A stretch of 64,000 bases of DNA, taken from the IMG/VR virus record IMGVR_UViG_3300044837_000078, positions 2,637-66,636 of that record. The stretch is one strand, 5' to 3'. Source of the DNA: a virus. Under the pieces are notes generated by a model that searched no databases, was not told the DNA's origin, and was given only the letters and a program-made list of their open reading frames with translations. This document shows, one piece after another, positions 1 to 9,778 of the stretch (the stretch's first letter is position 1; each line of letters starts with the position of its first letter). Made by a program: the position numbers and the translations under genes.

Positions 1-77
1 ATGGTGAGGCGATGCACTTCGATGAACGGTGTCCGCAACAAAAGCTCGGTGCAGCCCCAGACCTTGCCGACTTTCAT
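1..77 (-). CDS. Cupin-like protein (sugar isomerase-type), N-terminal fragment running off the window
   Basis: ATG at 77 overlaps the stop of the upstream gene (ATGA). Reads MKVGKVWGCTELLLRTPFIEVHRLT, a K-x-WG start typical of small cupins. Confidence 0.5.
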   Translation of the reverse strand, partial: MKVGKVWGCTELLLRTPFIEVHRLT

Positions 78-856
78 CGCCTATAGTCACCGAACGGCTC
101 TGTCCGGTAGCGGTCCAGCGTATAGCCGGCCTCGATCGCGTCCCGCAGATACTTGTCGAACAGCGCCTGCACCTCGACGCGCGGGTGAGGGCGCGACTCG
201 CCGGCGAACCAGTGCGGCCGCCCTTCGGCGGCAAGCCTCGCCTTGGCGTGCTTGTGCGTTGGCTGCGTCGGAATGTTGGTGTAGTGCAGCGCCTTCACGT
301 CGGGATCGAAGATCGTGGGATAGCTCTCGCCGTCGCGGCAGTTCCAGTTGCCGTCGAAGGCTTGAATCCATTTTGAGCCGCTGTCGGCCAGCGTGCGGCG
401 GATATTGCGGTAGCAGTTTGGGGCCTGCCGGATGTCGTGGATTGGTGGCAGGATGCGCTCCAGCGCCTCGCAATCCATCAGCATCGTGCAGAACGTGTTG
501 CCGTCGCCCTTGGAGATGATCGCCTTGCCGGGCTCGAATGCCTGATCGTTGAGCTTGGCGATGTCGTCCATGACGATCATGTCGCAATCCATGTAGATTG
601 CGTTGCCCTTGTAATTGCACGCCGCCGGGATGCCCCAGCGCAGCGCCGAGAACGGCGTCGCCCAGGTCGAGGTTCGCCAGCCTTGGCCCTTGTCCGGGTT
701 CGAATACCAGAAGCTCGCAGGATCCTTCGACAATCGCATCCAGACCAGATCGATGTCGTCGGCCGGGTGATGGCGCCGCAGCGAATACTCAAACACGGCC
801 TGTGCTTCCAGATCCTCGTCGTTGGCCGAGGTTCCGATAAACATCCTGATCGTCAT
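74..856 (-). CDS. Glycosyltransferase, GT-A fold (GT8-like)
   Basis: IFIG start, TPFSALRW, IYMDCDM DxD motif, WN and LHYT motifs. Confidence 0.8.
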   Translation of the reverse strand: MTIRMFIGTSANDEDLEAQAVFEYSLRRHHPADDIDLVWMRLSKDPASFWYSNPDKGQGWRTSTWATPFSALRWGIPAACNYKGNAIYMDCDMIVMDDIAKLNDQAFEPGKAIISKGDGNTFCTMLMDCEALERILPPIHDIRQAPNCYRNIRRTLADSGSKWIQAFDGNWNCRDGESYPTIFDPDVKALHYTNIPTQPTHKHAKARLAAEGRPHWFAGESRPHPRVEVQALFDKYLRDAIEAGYTLDRYRTEPFGDYRR

Positions 857-1569
857 TGCGCCGCCAGTTGGGTAAGGAGCGCCACGCCTTCATCGACGCT
901 GCATTTGTCGAACGCGCGTACCGTGGTGACCGGCGAGGCGTTCATGACCTTGATATTTTTGACCAGAAGCTGGTCGCGGCAACCGAGGAAGTTGTCTCCC
1001 CAGTTTTGCCAATAACGGGCGTTGTGACGTGCGCCATTGCGCCACGTCTCCGGGTCCATCTCGACATAGCGCTCATGGTTGTGGTGAACGTCGGGATGAT
1101 CGAGATAATCGAACCCGAACAGCACCCATTGCCATGGATGCCGGCGCGGCCCGCGCTTGTGGAATCCTAGTTGCGTTGCGCCAAAACCGGAATTGCCGCC
1201 CGATTGAATGACGCTAGGGTCGTTGCTGTAGCCGTCGAACCGCGAGCGCAGATAATAGGTCGCGCCTTCGATAACAGCGCACGGCCCATATTCAGGCTCG
1301 ACGGCGAAATGTTTTTCCATCCGCAGCGCGTTGAACCGCGCGGCCCGCTTGTTGATGTAGGGACGATCCAGCGAGAACAGCGCATCCGCGAACGGCACAT
1401 CCCAAATCGTCTCGTTGACAGCAATGACGCGGATGCCAGGTATGCGCAGCCGATCGAAGTCAAAGCCTTTCAGAGATGGGCCGCCGCCAACTATCGCTAA
1501 CGGGCGATCGTCCCACCACGGCTCGGCGACTGAGCCGAGCGGCGGCAGCGGCGAATTACGCTGCAGCAT
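853..1569 (-). CDS. Maf/DUF115-like (sialyltransferase-type fold) glycosyltransferase
   Basis: AIVGGGPSL, IAVN, NSG, LFGFD and C-terminal NAS motifs. Confidence 0.7.
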   Translation of the reverse strand: MLQRNSPLPPLGSVAEPWWDDRPLAIVGGGPSLKGFDFDRLRIPGIRVIAVNETIWDVPFADALFSLDRPYINKRAARFNALRMEKHFAVEPEYGPCAVIEGATYYLRSRFDGYSNDPSVIQSGGNSGFGATQLGFHKRGPRRHPWQWVLFGFDYLDHPDVHHNHERYVEMDPETWRNGARHNARYWQNWGDNFLGCRDQLLVKNIKVMNASPVTTVRAFDKCSVDEGVALLTQLAAQ

Positions 1570-1828
1570 TCTTGCGCGGTCGGCCGGGCCCGCGTTTGGC
1601 GCGCTGCTCTAGCACTTGCGCCACAGCGGTCATCGGGGGCGATGCGACCGCGATCCATCGCTTGACGTACATTTCTTCCAGCACGCGCGGCGAGTTGATC
1701 GTGGTCTTGTCGAACGGCTCGCCCGGCTTCGGCTGGTAGCCGTTGACGGTAAAGCCTTGCGGCCATGCCGACACCTCGAAATCGGCGTAGGGATCGAACT
1801 TCGGGAGCCAGTAATACGATGGTGCCAT
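1556..1828 (-). CDS. Small protein after the capsid gene, with an AT-hook-like tail
   Basis: Directly downstream of the major capsid gene; C-terminal RGPGRPRK; start chosen at MAPSYY. Confidence 0.55.
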   Translation of the reverse strand: MAPSYYWLPKFDPYADFEVSAWPQGFTVNGYQPKPGEPFDKTTINSPRVLEEMYVKRWIAVASPPMTAVAQVLEQRAKRGPGRPRKNAAA

Positions 1829-1851
1829 AGAACCGGCTCCCGCTTTCGTTA

Positions 1852-2865
1852 TCAAGCAACCACGGTCGCGAAAAACGTTCCGCATTCCGCAGCTACAAGC
1901 TTTTGCGTGAACGCCATCTGCATTTCGATCCGGTCGGATTCCAGATTCTCCATGCGGAAGCGCTTGACGCGCTGGCCGGCATTGCCCGCGCCGAGGAATC
2001 CCGTCCAGGAGAACGTGTAACCGCCGGATGGCTGCATCAGACTCGGCGCCGGAGCTGCGTACACCAGCAACGCCGCCTTGCCGCCGATGAAGGCGTTGGA
2101 CTCAAGTCCGTTGAACGTGCCGCTTTCATGGCCGGTGTTCTGCACAGCGTCCATGACCAGGAGGCTGTCGATTTCCATCAAGGCCGCAACCGCCTGCTTG
2201 GTGACGATCGCCGGTGCGCCCGGGGAAGCGCCGTATTTGATGCGGTCGGTGATCGACCCGTGATCCTCGAGCTTCGACCAGACCTGTCGGCCAAGCACGA
2301 GCTTGTTGGGACGGAAACCGCCGGACGCCAGATGGATCTTGTCCGCGTTGGAACGCACGTCGGTGATCGGCGTGGCGTTCGGGTCGTTCCATTGCAACAC
2401 GGTGTTGCCCGCGGGCGAGGCCGAAACGCCGGTGACGTCCACACCAGAGCCGGTCCAGATGCCGGTGGTGAAGTAGTTCGACGCCCACTGCACTTCGCGG
2501 CTGATCAGCGCCTGATTGGACAGGAACATGGTGGCGTCGCGGTCCATGTCCAGCGGCGAATCCGCGTTGGCGCGGATCTGGTCTTCGACGTCCTTGTGCA
2601 GCGCCCAAACCGGGGCGTAGTACGACGGCGTATTGTCGATCCGGTAGCTAGCGCCGGCGGATTCCGTTCCTGGCGCGCGCTGGCGCATGGTGTCGCGGTT
2701 AAAGTCGCCCCGCGAATAGGTGTAATAACGGTCAGACTGCTTGGCGACCGGGACGTTCGGGAAGACCTGATCCGCCACGAAAGCGGAGGCATTCTGCATG
2801 AACGCGATCGAGATGTTGGTGAGCGGGGTGTTTACGTGGACATCCCCTGCTGTCGGGTTGCTCAT
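1852..2865 (-). CDS. Major capsid protein
   Basis: 337 aa with HVNTPLTNISIAF...ADQVFPNVPV, typical of lambda-E-like capsids; AAGGA RBS; position after the decoration gene. Confidence 0.85.
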   Translation of the reverse strand: MSNPTAGDVHVNTPLTNISIAFMQNASAFVADQVFPNVPVAKQSDRYYTYSRGDFNRDTMRQRAPGTESAGASYRIDNTPSYYAPVWALHKDVEDQIRANADSPLDMDRDATMFLSNQALISREVQWASNYFTTGIWTGSGVDVTGVSASPAGNTVLQWNDPNATPITDVRSNADKIHLASGGFRPNKLVLGRQVWSKLEDHGSITDRIKYGASPGAPAIVTKQAVAALMEIDSLLVMDAVQNTGHESGTFNGLESNAFIGGKAALLVYAAPAPSLMQPSGGYTFSWTGFLGAGNAGQRVKRFRMENLESDRIEMQMAFTQKLVAAECGTFFATVVA

Positions 2866-2907
2866 TTGACTTATCCTTTAAGTCGGATCGAATAGAAAAT
2901 GCCCAAC

Positions 2908-2929
2908 AAAAAGCCGCCCGAAGGCGGCT
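2908..2929 (-). terminator. Intrinsic terminator-like hairpin between the decoration and capsid genes
   Basis: Minus strand AGCCGCC-TTCG-GGCGGCT followed by a T run. Confidence 0.6.
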
Positions 2930-2959
2930 GTCAGGGCGGAGGGTGCAGCGCTAGTCGGG

Positions 2960-3331
2960 TTACGACAGGCCGCGGGGCTGGATCAGCATCGCGAAGATGT
3001 CACCGCTTGAGGCCGAAGCCAGAGCGATGCCCATGAAATTATTGTCGGCCGACGAGGCGTTGACCGCAGCACCGTTGGCATCGGCAACCAGCGCCTGGCC
3101 TGCGGTGATCGAACCGCCGGCCACGACCTTGCTAATGCCGCTGGGACGGATGCGAGCGGCGCGGGTAGCCGCCGCAGGGGCATCCTGCAGAACGCCTGCG
3201 GAAAGCTGGCCGCGGGTCGAAACGGCTGCGTTGCCCGACGAGTCGACGGTGATGAAGCGGTACTGCTTGGTGGAAAGATCGGCTGCCGCAGGCAGCGAGA
3301 AGTCGAGATTATTACCGTGATCGAACGACAT
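2960..3331 (-). CDS. Capsid decoration/cement protein (DUF2190-like)
   Basis: 123 aa, Ala/Gly-rich, AAADLS..QYRF, AGGSITAG..L.ADANG, GIAL..A..GD; upstream of the capsid gene. Confidence 0.8.
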   Translation of the reverse strand: MSFDHGNNLDFSLPAAADLSTKQYRFITVDSSGNAAVSTRGQLSAGVLQDAPAAATRAARIRPSGISKVVAGGSITAGQALVADANGAAVNASSADNNFMGIALASASSGDIFAMLIQPRGLS

Positions 3332-3442
3332 GGGTCGTTCCTTTCATTTTATCGAAGATAAAAGGGAAATGCGGGGGCGCGCCCGCCGGCCGTCAGGAGG
3401 ACCAGCCAGCGAGCGCTAACCGCGCGATTGCCGCCCAGGAGC

Positions 3443-4552
3443 TTAAGCGGCGCGCTTCTCGGTGAGCGACTTGGCGTAGGCAGCCTTGCCCTCGGCCGTC
3501 TCGAGCACCTTGGTGTAGGCGACTGCCTTGGACACCGTCTTGTCCGCGGCCATGTAGGTCGCGACCATCTTCTCGATATCGCCTTCGCCAGTGCCTTCGC
3601 CGCTGCCGTCCTTGCCGAGCGTGGTCAGTTGGGTTTTCATCGCCGCATTGCCGCCCTTGAGCATGGCCTCGACGACCTCGCGGTCCTCTTTCGCCAGTTT
3701 GGAGACAGCGCGCAGGGCTTTCGCCTTGGCGATCGACGTGCCAGGCAGCGACGGGATTTCGGTCTCGGCGCGCTTGGTGAAGGCGTTGATCTCGTTGGTC
3801 TCGGTCAGGGATTTCATGACCTTGAACTGATCCTCGCCGATCACCGACTTGCGCAGCACAACGCCGTCATGCTCGAGAGTTTCATCGCTCTTGGCAATGT
3901 CGGCGCGTTTGGCGATCTCGGCGTCGAACTCTTCCTTGGCCTTGGCGACCGCCTTGGCGACGCGCTTCTCGGTATAGGAGCGCCATGCCTTCTTGGCATT
4001 GTCGTCCATATCGTCCGCGTCAGGCTCGGGTTCGCCGTCGGTGGAGCTGTCGTCATACGGCTTTTTCTTGGGTGCCGCCTTCTGCAGAGCGGTAAGCGCC
4101 GCCGTGGTGTCAGTGAGTTTCTTGGTGATCTCGCCGGTCGACTTTGCGACCGCGTCTGCGATCATCTTCTGGATTTCTGCTTCGGTCATGTCTTCAATCC
4201 TTTCATGGCCGTGGTGGCTTTTGGCTACCCAACCGTCGGGCAGCATGGAGGTTGCGCCGAGCGACTTGGCGCGGCTGATGATATGGGCTTTTGCCTTGGC
4301 CGGGTCTTTGGCCCTGCCGATGGCGTGGATGGCGTTCTTGAGGTCCGCCGTGGTGGAAATGGGAAAGCTGCCGTCTGGCAATGCCGCCCCGGTGGATGCG
4401 AGATGATCGCGCTGGTCGGACGTAAAGTCGCGTTTCCAGTATTCATCGGCGCTGTCGTCGCGCTTCATGATGGTCATGCGCGCGCCGGCCTGGGCCGGCC
4501 GGTCAACGGCGCTGATCTCGTTCATCTTGAACGCCCGCATGATGCGTTTCAT
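3443..4552 (-). CDS. Scaffold-like head protein with an N-terminal protease-type EISAVDRPA motif
   Basis: Start 4552 overlaps the upstream stop (ATGA). N-terminal EISAVDRPAQ, a GAALPDGSFPI..DLKNAI module and a charged helical C-terminus. Confidence 0.7.
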   Translation of the reverse strand: MKRIMRAFKMNEISAVDRPAQAGARMTIMKRDDSADEYWKRDFTSDQRDHLASTGAALPDGSFPISTTADLKNAIHAIGRAKDPAKAKAHIISRAKSLGATSMLPDGWVAKSHHGHERIEDMTEAEIQKMIADAVAKSTGEITKKLTDTTAALTALQKAAPKKKPYDDSSTDGEPEPDADDMDDNAKKAWRSYTEKRVAKAVAKAKEEFDAEIAKRADIAKSDETLEHDGVVLRKSVIGEDQFKVMKSLTETNEINAFTKRAETEIPSLPGTSIAKAKALRAVSKLAKEDREVVEAMLKGGNAAMKTQLTTLGKDGSGEGTGEGDIEKMVATYMAADKTVSKAVAYTKVLETAEGKAAYAKSLTEKRAA

Positions 4553-4842
4553 TTTGGAGGCTCTCCGACTTCGATGATGACGTCGCCGCGAACAACTTCC
4601 TCTAAGACGTTTTCGCCATCGGTGGTGATATCGCCGTCCTCGTTCACGACAGCGCGGCGCACCCATCCTTTGACCGCATCGGCAGCGGTGCACAATTTTT
4701 GCGGCACGCCATTCAGCGTTATGGTGATATTCTGATTATTTTTGGACGCCTCGCAATATTGGGTATAGCCGGGCTCGCCATCCACAATCGACGCGCGCTC
4801 AAGCCTCATGCCGGCAATCCCACCTGTTTCATCGTCTCGCAC
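4549..4842 (-). CDS. Hypothetical protein
   Basis: ORF coupled to neighbours in the head operon. Confidence 0.55.
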   Translation of the reverse strand: MRDDETGGIAGMRLERASIVDGEPGYTQYCEASKNNQNITITLNGVPQKLCTAADAVKGWVRRAVVNEDGDITTDGENVLEEVVRGDVIIEVGEPPK

Positions 4843-5135
4843 CGATACCAGCGCTTGATTTCCTCAAGGTCGCGGTCGGAGCACGTCACTTCGACGCCGG
4901 GCTCTGATGTCAGGCTGTGCCGCGCCATCTTCATCTTGAGCCGCACGCACGGCAGCGGCACGGTCTGGCCGCGCTTGCCGAAATACAGTTTCAGGTCTTC
5001 GTCGGTCGGCGGCCCGGCGACGTCGATTTCCTCGCGGCCCATGCCGGCGAGGAACGCGCGCACCGCATCATGAACGCCGGAGTCGAACGAGATCAGCCAG
5101 CGAACGGGCGCGGCAGCGGCAAGGCCGAAGTTCAT
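4806..5135 (-). CDS. Hypothetical protein
   Basis: ORF in the head operon; start uncertain. Confidence 0.5.
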   Translation of the reverse strand: MNFGLAAAAPVRWLISFDSGVHDAVRAFLAGMGREEIDVAGPPTDEDLKLYFGKRGQTVPLPCVRLKMKMARHSLTSEPGVEVTCSDRDLEEIKRWYRCETMKQVGLPA

Positions 5136-5298
5136 TGCGCTTTCAGTTCGCGCGTTTTTGCGTCGATAATTTCGGCACCGATACGCATAAGAGACCAACC
5201 GATAATGATTGCCTCTTCCTGTAACCCGCGCTCAATCGCATCTTCGCGAAGCAACCATAGTGAGCGGCCTACGGGCGAAAGATAGCGAGGCGCCGGTT

Positions 5299-6033
5299 TC
5301 ACGCCGCGACCTCTTCGTCCTCAACGCGCCAGCCGCCTATCGAAAAGCCTGTGTATTCGCCTGAGCGATATTTCGCGAGGATGTCTGGCGGCGGCATCAT
5401 CGCAATCATCAGGCCGGTGGTGTCGCATTGAATGTTCATCGCCTTGGCGATGTCTGTGGTGAGCGGCCACGCGAACACCACGGGACCAATCTCGCTGCCA
5501 CGGTGCATGTCCTTGGCGACGCGGCTGTTCTGCATGAAGTCAGCAGCCGCCTTCAGCATCGAATGTTCCGGGATGTGATCCGGCTCCGGCTCGCCGGTCT
5601 CTTGGTTGCACTGCAGATCGAAATACGGCTCGCCCTTGATCTTGCAGACGATGGCCCAGCCGAACACGAGGCCGAGCGAATCATCGACCTTGAACACCTG
5701 TGCGGTTGTCTCGAATTTTTCCACGTCTTCCCCATAAGGCTTGCGCTTGGGCGGCTTTTTGCCAGCGCCGAGCGGGACATCGACATGAACGTCGCCAGCG
5801 CCGGGGCCATCCGAGGTTGTGCCGCCGTCATCCTTGAAAACCCACTTCTTGCCGGTTGCCGGAGCTTCCCAGCCTGCGCTCTTAACCGCCGCCCAGCCCT
5901 GCCGAATGCAGCCGTTATGGTCGATCTTGGCTTGCTCGGCTTCCGATGCGGCCTTACAAAAGACGTCCAGCGCCGCCTGCGGCAGGAACCGCGCGACGGC
6001 GGACACAGCGGGCGACGTTGCGTTAAATGGCAT
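5299..6033 (-). CDS. XkdF-like prohead serine protease with an N-terminal ChaB-like domain
   Basis: LVFGWA, DMH and YTGFSIGG motifs. The N-terminal LPQAALDVF...GWAAVKSAGW...KW resembles ChaB. Confidence 0.8.
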   Translation of the reverse strand: MPFNATSPAVSAVARFLPQAALDVFCKAASEAEQAKIDHNGCIRQGWAAVKSAGWEAPATGKKWVFKDDGGTTSDGPGAGDVHVDVPLGAGKKPPKRKPYGEDVEKFETTAQVFKVDDSLGLVFGWAIVCKIKGEPYFDLQCNQETGEPEPDHIPEHSMLKAAADFMQNSRVAKDMHRGSEIGPVVFAWPLTTDIAKAMNIQCDTTGLMIAMMPPPDILAKYRSGEYTGFSIGGWRVEDEEVAA

Positions 6034-6138
6034 GATCAGTCTTTGTCCTTTGCCCACCAAGGTCGCGGCATCCCGCCCTTTTCAACGGTGGTCGGCGGCG
6101 GAGGCGGCGGAACATCCTTTGCAGGGATTTTTCCCACG

Positions 6139-6351
6139 ATGACTTCTCCGTTCTGCAGCGACGAAACGGTCGACACCCCGCTGGCCGAGCCTCACGGTTC
6201 AGCGCTGGCGTTCCTCTCAGACCTGCACGAGCAGGTTGAGATGCAGATAAATCAGTGCAGCGACGACAGCTTGCGGCAAATTCTGGTAGACTTGCGCGGC
6301 CGGATTGAAGCGGCGGGGTTGTTGGTTATGACGGGAGGAGTGAAGCGATGA
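6139..6351 (+). CDS. Hypothetical protein, opposite to the head operon
   Basis: C-terminal part of ORF 5428..6351; overlaps the start of the next + strand gene (ATGA). Confidence 0.4.
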   Translation: MTSPFCSDETVDTPLAEPHGSALAFLSDLHEQVEMQINQCSDDSLRQILVDLRGRIEAAGLLVMTGGVKR

Positions 6352-6596
6352 CGGACTGGCAACCGATTGAGACAGCGCCTGACGACGAGGTAATATGGCT
6401 AGGTTGCGAGAGCGATCCTGCTGTCGATCGCCATATGTTTTTCGTTGGCCTTGGTTGGAAAGAGAAAGACGGCTTTTGGGACGTGACCGAAAACGACATC
6501 CGTTACTTCTCGCACTGGGCCAAGATCACAAGTCCAGTGCCTGGAGCTGCAGTTACGTTTCACCGGCGCGGCGAATACACTGTCAACGCAGCTTGA
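6348..6596 (+). CDS. DUF551-like phage protein
   Basis: WQPIETAP N-terminus, ..SHW C-terminal motif; GGAGGAG RBS. Confidence 0.7.
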   Translation: MTDWQPIETAPDDEVIWLGCESDPAVDRHMFFVGLGWKEKDGFWDVTENDIRYFSHWAKITSPVPGAAVTFHRRGEYTVNAA

Positions 6597-7761
6597 ACCT
6601 GTAAATCAGACTGCATCGGCAGTTGATCGTCAGCTCAGGCTCAGCGCTCGGATCACCGGGATAGGCTAGGCCGTAAGAGAAAAGATCATTCAGGCCGACT
6701 GTCTCGCCATCCATCTCGGCATGTTCCGGCCTGACCTTGTGGTCGCCGACTGTTATCCATTTCTTCGTGACTTGCCCAACCTCGAGCTTGCCGGAATTTA
6801 CGGCCTGATTCCAAAGTTGATTGTTGCCTGCGTTCAAAGCCCGGATCGATTCCGTCCGCGCGATGGTCTTGGATCGATATTTGAGGTACCGCGCCGAATA
6901 GCGCGAGACCATGGTGTCGATCTGCTCGGTCGACAAAGCACTCTCGCCGCGAGCAGCACGAGCCACAGTCGGATCAAAGCGTCGGTCGCGTAGTTGCCGC
7001 GAAAGCGCATCGCGTGACCCGCTGGTCAGAGCACCTCTATAGTTCTGCACAGCTTTCGTCTGTGATTCGGTCAGGCCGATGAACTGCCGCACGTCGCGCG
7101 CCACGTCGATCGGGTTGCGCCCGGCCGCGGCGCCTGCCTGTATCGCCGTGCGCACGCTGGCCAGGGCATCCGAACTCATGGCCCGGATCAGGCCCATCTC
7201 ATAAGTTCGCAGGAAACTCACCGTCTGCGGATTGGTGATGCCGAACGATATGTTCATCTCGCCGAGCGCATTGACCGCGCGCGCCGTCTGCCGTGCCGCG
7301 TCGACCGCCGCGCCGGTGATAGCTTCTGCGACCGGCGCAAACCCCTGTTGCAGCAGCTGCGCGTCAACGGTGCGGATGGCTTGGTCGACGCGGCCCTGTT
7401 CCAGCAGCGACTTGATCTGCTCGACGTCGATCTGGTCGCCGAGAGCATTCACCGCGTCCAGAAACGCCTGCCGGACCTTGGCGCTGATCTGGTCGGCTTG
7501 GCGGAGCAGGCGGTCGAGTTCGGCCTGGTCGGCGGCGGACATCTTGGCGATAAAGTGCCGGGGCTTTTTGATTGTCTCGGGTAGATGCAGTGCATCGGGC
7601 TCCGTAGCCCATAACCGATTCGCGGGTAGCTTCCCGGCTAAAACCCCGCCACGACTAGGTCTAGCATGACGATGCCGCGAGAGCCACCTCGGATCAGTGG
7701 CGGACTTGGCGACGACGATCTGCATCAATGTAAGAACTGCACCACAAGGGCAATCAGGCAC
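6583..7761 (-). CDS. Minor head protein (Mu gpF/SPP1 gp7 family)
   Basis: IARTE, KKW...D.KVR..H..MDG, YPGDP...INCRC. Confidence 0.9.
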   Translation of the reverse strand: MPDCPCGAVLTLMQIVVAKSATDPRWLSRHRHARPSRGGVLAGKLPANRLWATEPDALHLPETIKKPRHFIAKMSAADQAELDRLLRQADQISAKVRQAFLDAVNALGDQIDVEQIKSLLEQGRVDQAIRTVDAQLLQQGFAPVAEAITGAAVDAARQTARAVNALGEMNISFGITNPQTVSFLRTYEMGLIRAMSSDALASVRTAIQAGAAAGRNPIDVARDVRQFIGLTESQTKAVQNYRGALTSGSRDALSRQLRDRRFDPTVARAARGESALSTEQIDTMVSRYSARYLKYRSKTIARTESIRALNAGNNQLWNQAVNSGKLEVGQVTKKWITVGDHKVRPEHAEMDGETVGLNDLFSYGLAYPGDPSAEPELTINCRCSLIYRFKLR

Positions 7762-7837
7762 AGCAAGACACTAAATCCAGCAAGCATATTGCAAACAATG
7801 TCGCCTGTTCGATGGCTCATCTCGCTATTATCCGCAT

Positions 7838-8053
7838 TTAGCCGACGCTGGCAAACGCCCGCGTGTCAGGCGGATTGGACACAAACCGCGTGATATTGCC
7901 GTCCAGCGCGCGGGCCATGCCTGGATCGCTCTGCTTGAGCTGCGAGATCAGCCAGCCTGCCAGCACCACCTGGTTGCCGTCGGCGAGCGTATACGCCGCA
8001 ATCGCGGTCTTGAGCGTGCCCCACGCGGTATCGATATCAGTCTGAACGGTCAT
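7838..8053 (-). CDS. Hypothetical protein
   Basis: GGAG RBS; lies in the late operon. Confidence 0.5.
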   Translation of the reverse strand: MTVQTDIDTAWGTLKTAIAAYTLADGNQVVLAGWLISQLKQSDPGMARALDGNITRFVSNPPDTRAFASVG

Positions 8054-8237
8054 TCAAGTCTCCATTATTTCGAACCGTAGCCTTTTTATCGCACTGGGCA
8101 TGGTCCTCGGCCGTCATCGACTCGATTGTGCCAAATGGCGCAATTTCAGGAGGGTCTTTGCCAAACTTCTTTCTGTAGAGATCATCATCGTACAAAGCGC
8201 CATCTGGTCCAATTGTTCGAAACCCATCCCGTGCCAT
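8037..8237 (-). CDS. Hypothetical protein
   Basis: AGGAG RBS after the portal gene. Confidence 0.5.
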   Translation of the reverse strand: MARDGFRTIGPDGALYDDDLYRKKFGKDPPEIAPFGTIESMTAEDHAQCDKKATVRNNGDLNDRSD

Positions 8238-8248
8238 AAACTGAACTC

Positions 8249-9769
8249 CTATTTTCCGCCGCGCCCGGGCCCGGCCGTATTGGTCTCGAACCCTTCGGCG
8301 GCTAGGTCCGTAGTGTTGCCACCAATGTCGGCCCCGGCTTCGTCCACAGAGGCTTCACTGACACCGCCCGGCAGTTGCAGCCCGGTTTCCTCCGGCGGTT
8401 CCGGCAATCCCGCCACATCAGCGAGATGATCGGACAATTCCGGATTGGGAAACAGCGGCGCGCCGGCGGCGGCCAATTGCTGAATATAGGTCCCTAGTTC
8501 TGACAGATCGACCGGCGCAACCCGGCCAGGCTTCATCTCCGGCATCAAGTTATAGGGCAGGCCGTTGTAGGCCCAGATGCGTGGCAGCAGGAAGCGATTA
8601 AGCACCGCGGCGATCTGGTTGAGGTAGGTCTCGCAGGCCCGCAGGAACAGTTCCGACTTGTTCTTGCTCAGCGCGTAAGAACCCTTCTGGTCGCCCAACG
8701 TGATGAAATCGGCCAGCGCCGACATCGCGATGTTGCGGTTGTACCGGGCAATGATCGGATCGGTGTCGATGGCGCGGCGGCCGCCGGTGGACAGCAGCCT
8801 GACGTCGACGAGCGGCGCCGCCGAGATGGTGCCATCCGGGTTCGGATATCGGTCCGACGGCAGCACGATGCCGCCCTGCTGATTAAACTTTACGTCGCGG
8901 GCGATCTTCTCATAGAGCGCGCGCACCGCCTTGTCTTCCGCAGAAGCGTTGGCCAGCAGATACTTTGCCGGGATCGACACCACGGGAAGTCCGGCTAGCT
9001 CGCGCTCGATGCCGATCGCCTCCATGTCCTCGATGTTTTTCTTCTTGTACCAGGAACGATACGCCGCCCGAAGGATCGAGACGCCCTCCGGGTTGTTCTT
9101 CTTCGAGGTAGTGCGAAACAGCAACCCGCGCACGATCGGGATAAACAGCAGCGGTCCGCCTTGAGGCGGCATCTGCCACAGCCCATCGATACCGCCGTCG
9201 CTCTGCATTTCCCACCGCATTAGCGAGTCTTGCGAGCGAATCGGAAGCTTGCGGATGCCAATGCGGCCGTCGGTGAATTTCGACCGGGTAGACGCATCGG
9301 TTTGATCGGGCCCGACGCGGCGCTTGAGAATTATCTCATGGTACGACCAGCCGAACGTCAGCATCGACATGATTTCGGAAATCGTATCTTCCCAGCTGTG
9401 CGACATGTCGTCGAGCAGTGAGCGTGCGAATTCGGCCTCCTTCTCAGCCTCCGGCGTGTCATTGGCGGGCTCAACCCGCCAATCCACAGCGCGCAAAATC
9501 AGGATAATCGCGGTCAGGACCGCGTTGACGATCGCATCGCCTTCCGACATCTCCTTGTAGATGCGGATCGCTTGGACGCCGCGAAGTTCTTGAATGTACT
9601 CTTCGTTGACGTAGCCCGAGAAAACCTTGAGGCCGGAAACGCCGATCTCGCCAAAGGCTTTCGCTTTCGGATCGCCCTGAATGGTTGAGGCGCCGCCGCC
9701 GTAGGGCGATCCATCTGTCTTTGGCGGTCCCGGCGGTGCGACCTTGGCGATGTCGTCTGCTTCAGCCAA
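8249..9769 (-). CDS. Portal protein (DUF935-like)
   Basis: 506 aa after TerL; FGWSYHEI, NPEG.SILR.AY..W..K, EAIGIER, GSYALS. Confidence 0.9.
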   Translation of the reverse strand: MAEADDIAKVAPPGPPKTDGSPYGGGASTIQGDPKAKAFGEIGVSGLKVFSGYVNEEYIQELRGVQAIRIYKEMSEGDAIVNAVLTAIILILRAVDWRVEPANDTPEAEKEAEFARSLLDDMSHSWEDTISEIMSMLTFGWSYHEIILKRRVGPDQTDASTRSKFTDGRIGIRKLPIRSQDSLMRWEMQSDGGIDGLWQMPPQGGPLLFIPIVRGLLFRTTSKKNNPEGVSILRAAYRSWYKKKNIEDMEAIGIERELAGLPVVSIPAKYLLANASAEDKAVRALYEKIARDVKFNQQGGIVLPSDRYPNPDGTISAAPLVDVRLLSTGGRRAIDTDPIIARYNRNIAMSALADFITLGDQKGSYALSKNKSELFLRACETYLNQIAAVLNRFLLPRIWAYNGLPYNLMPEMKPGRVAPVDLSELGTYIQQLAAAGAPLFPNPELSDHLADVAGLPEPPEETGLQLPGGVSEASVDEAGADIGGNTTDLAAEGFETNTAGPGRGGK

Positions 9770-9778
9770 GGCCTATCC

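Noticed and set aside
1903-4735. Long + strand ORFs (1903-2895, 3428-4735; likewise 17158-18273, 46909-47760)
   Set aside because: Antisense shadows of high-GC genes with clear motifs on the other strand.
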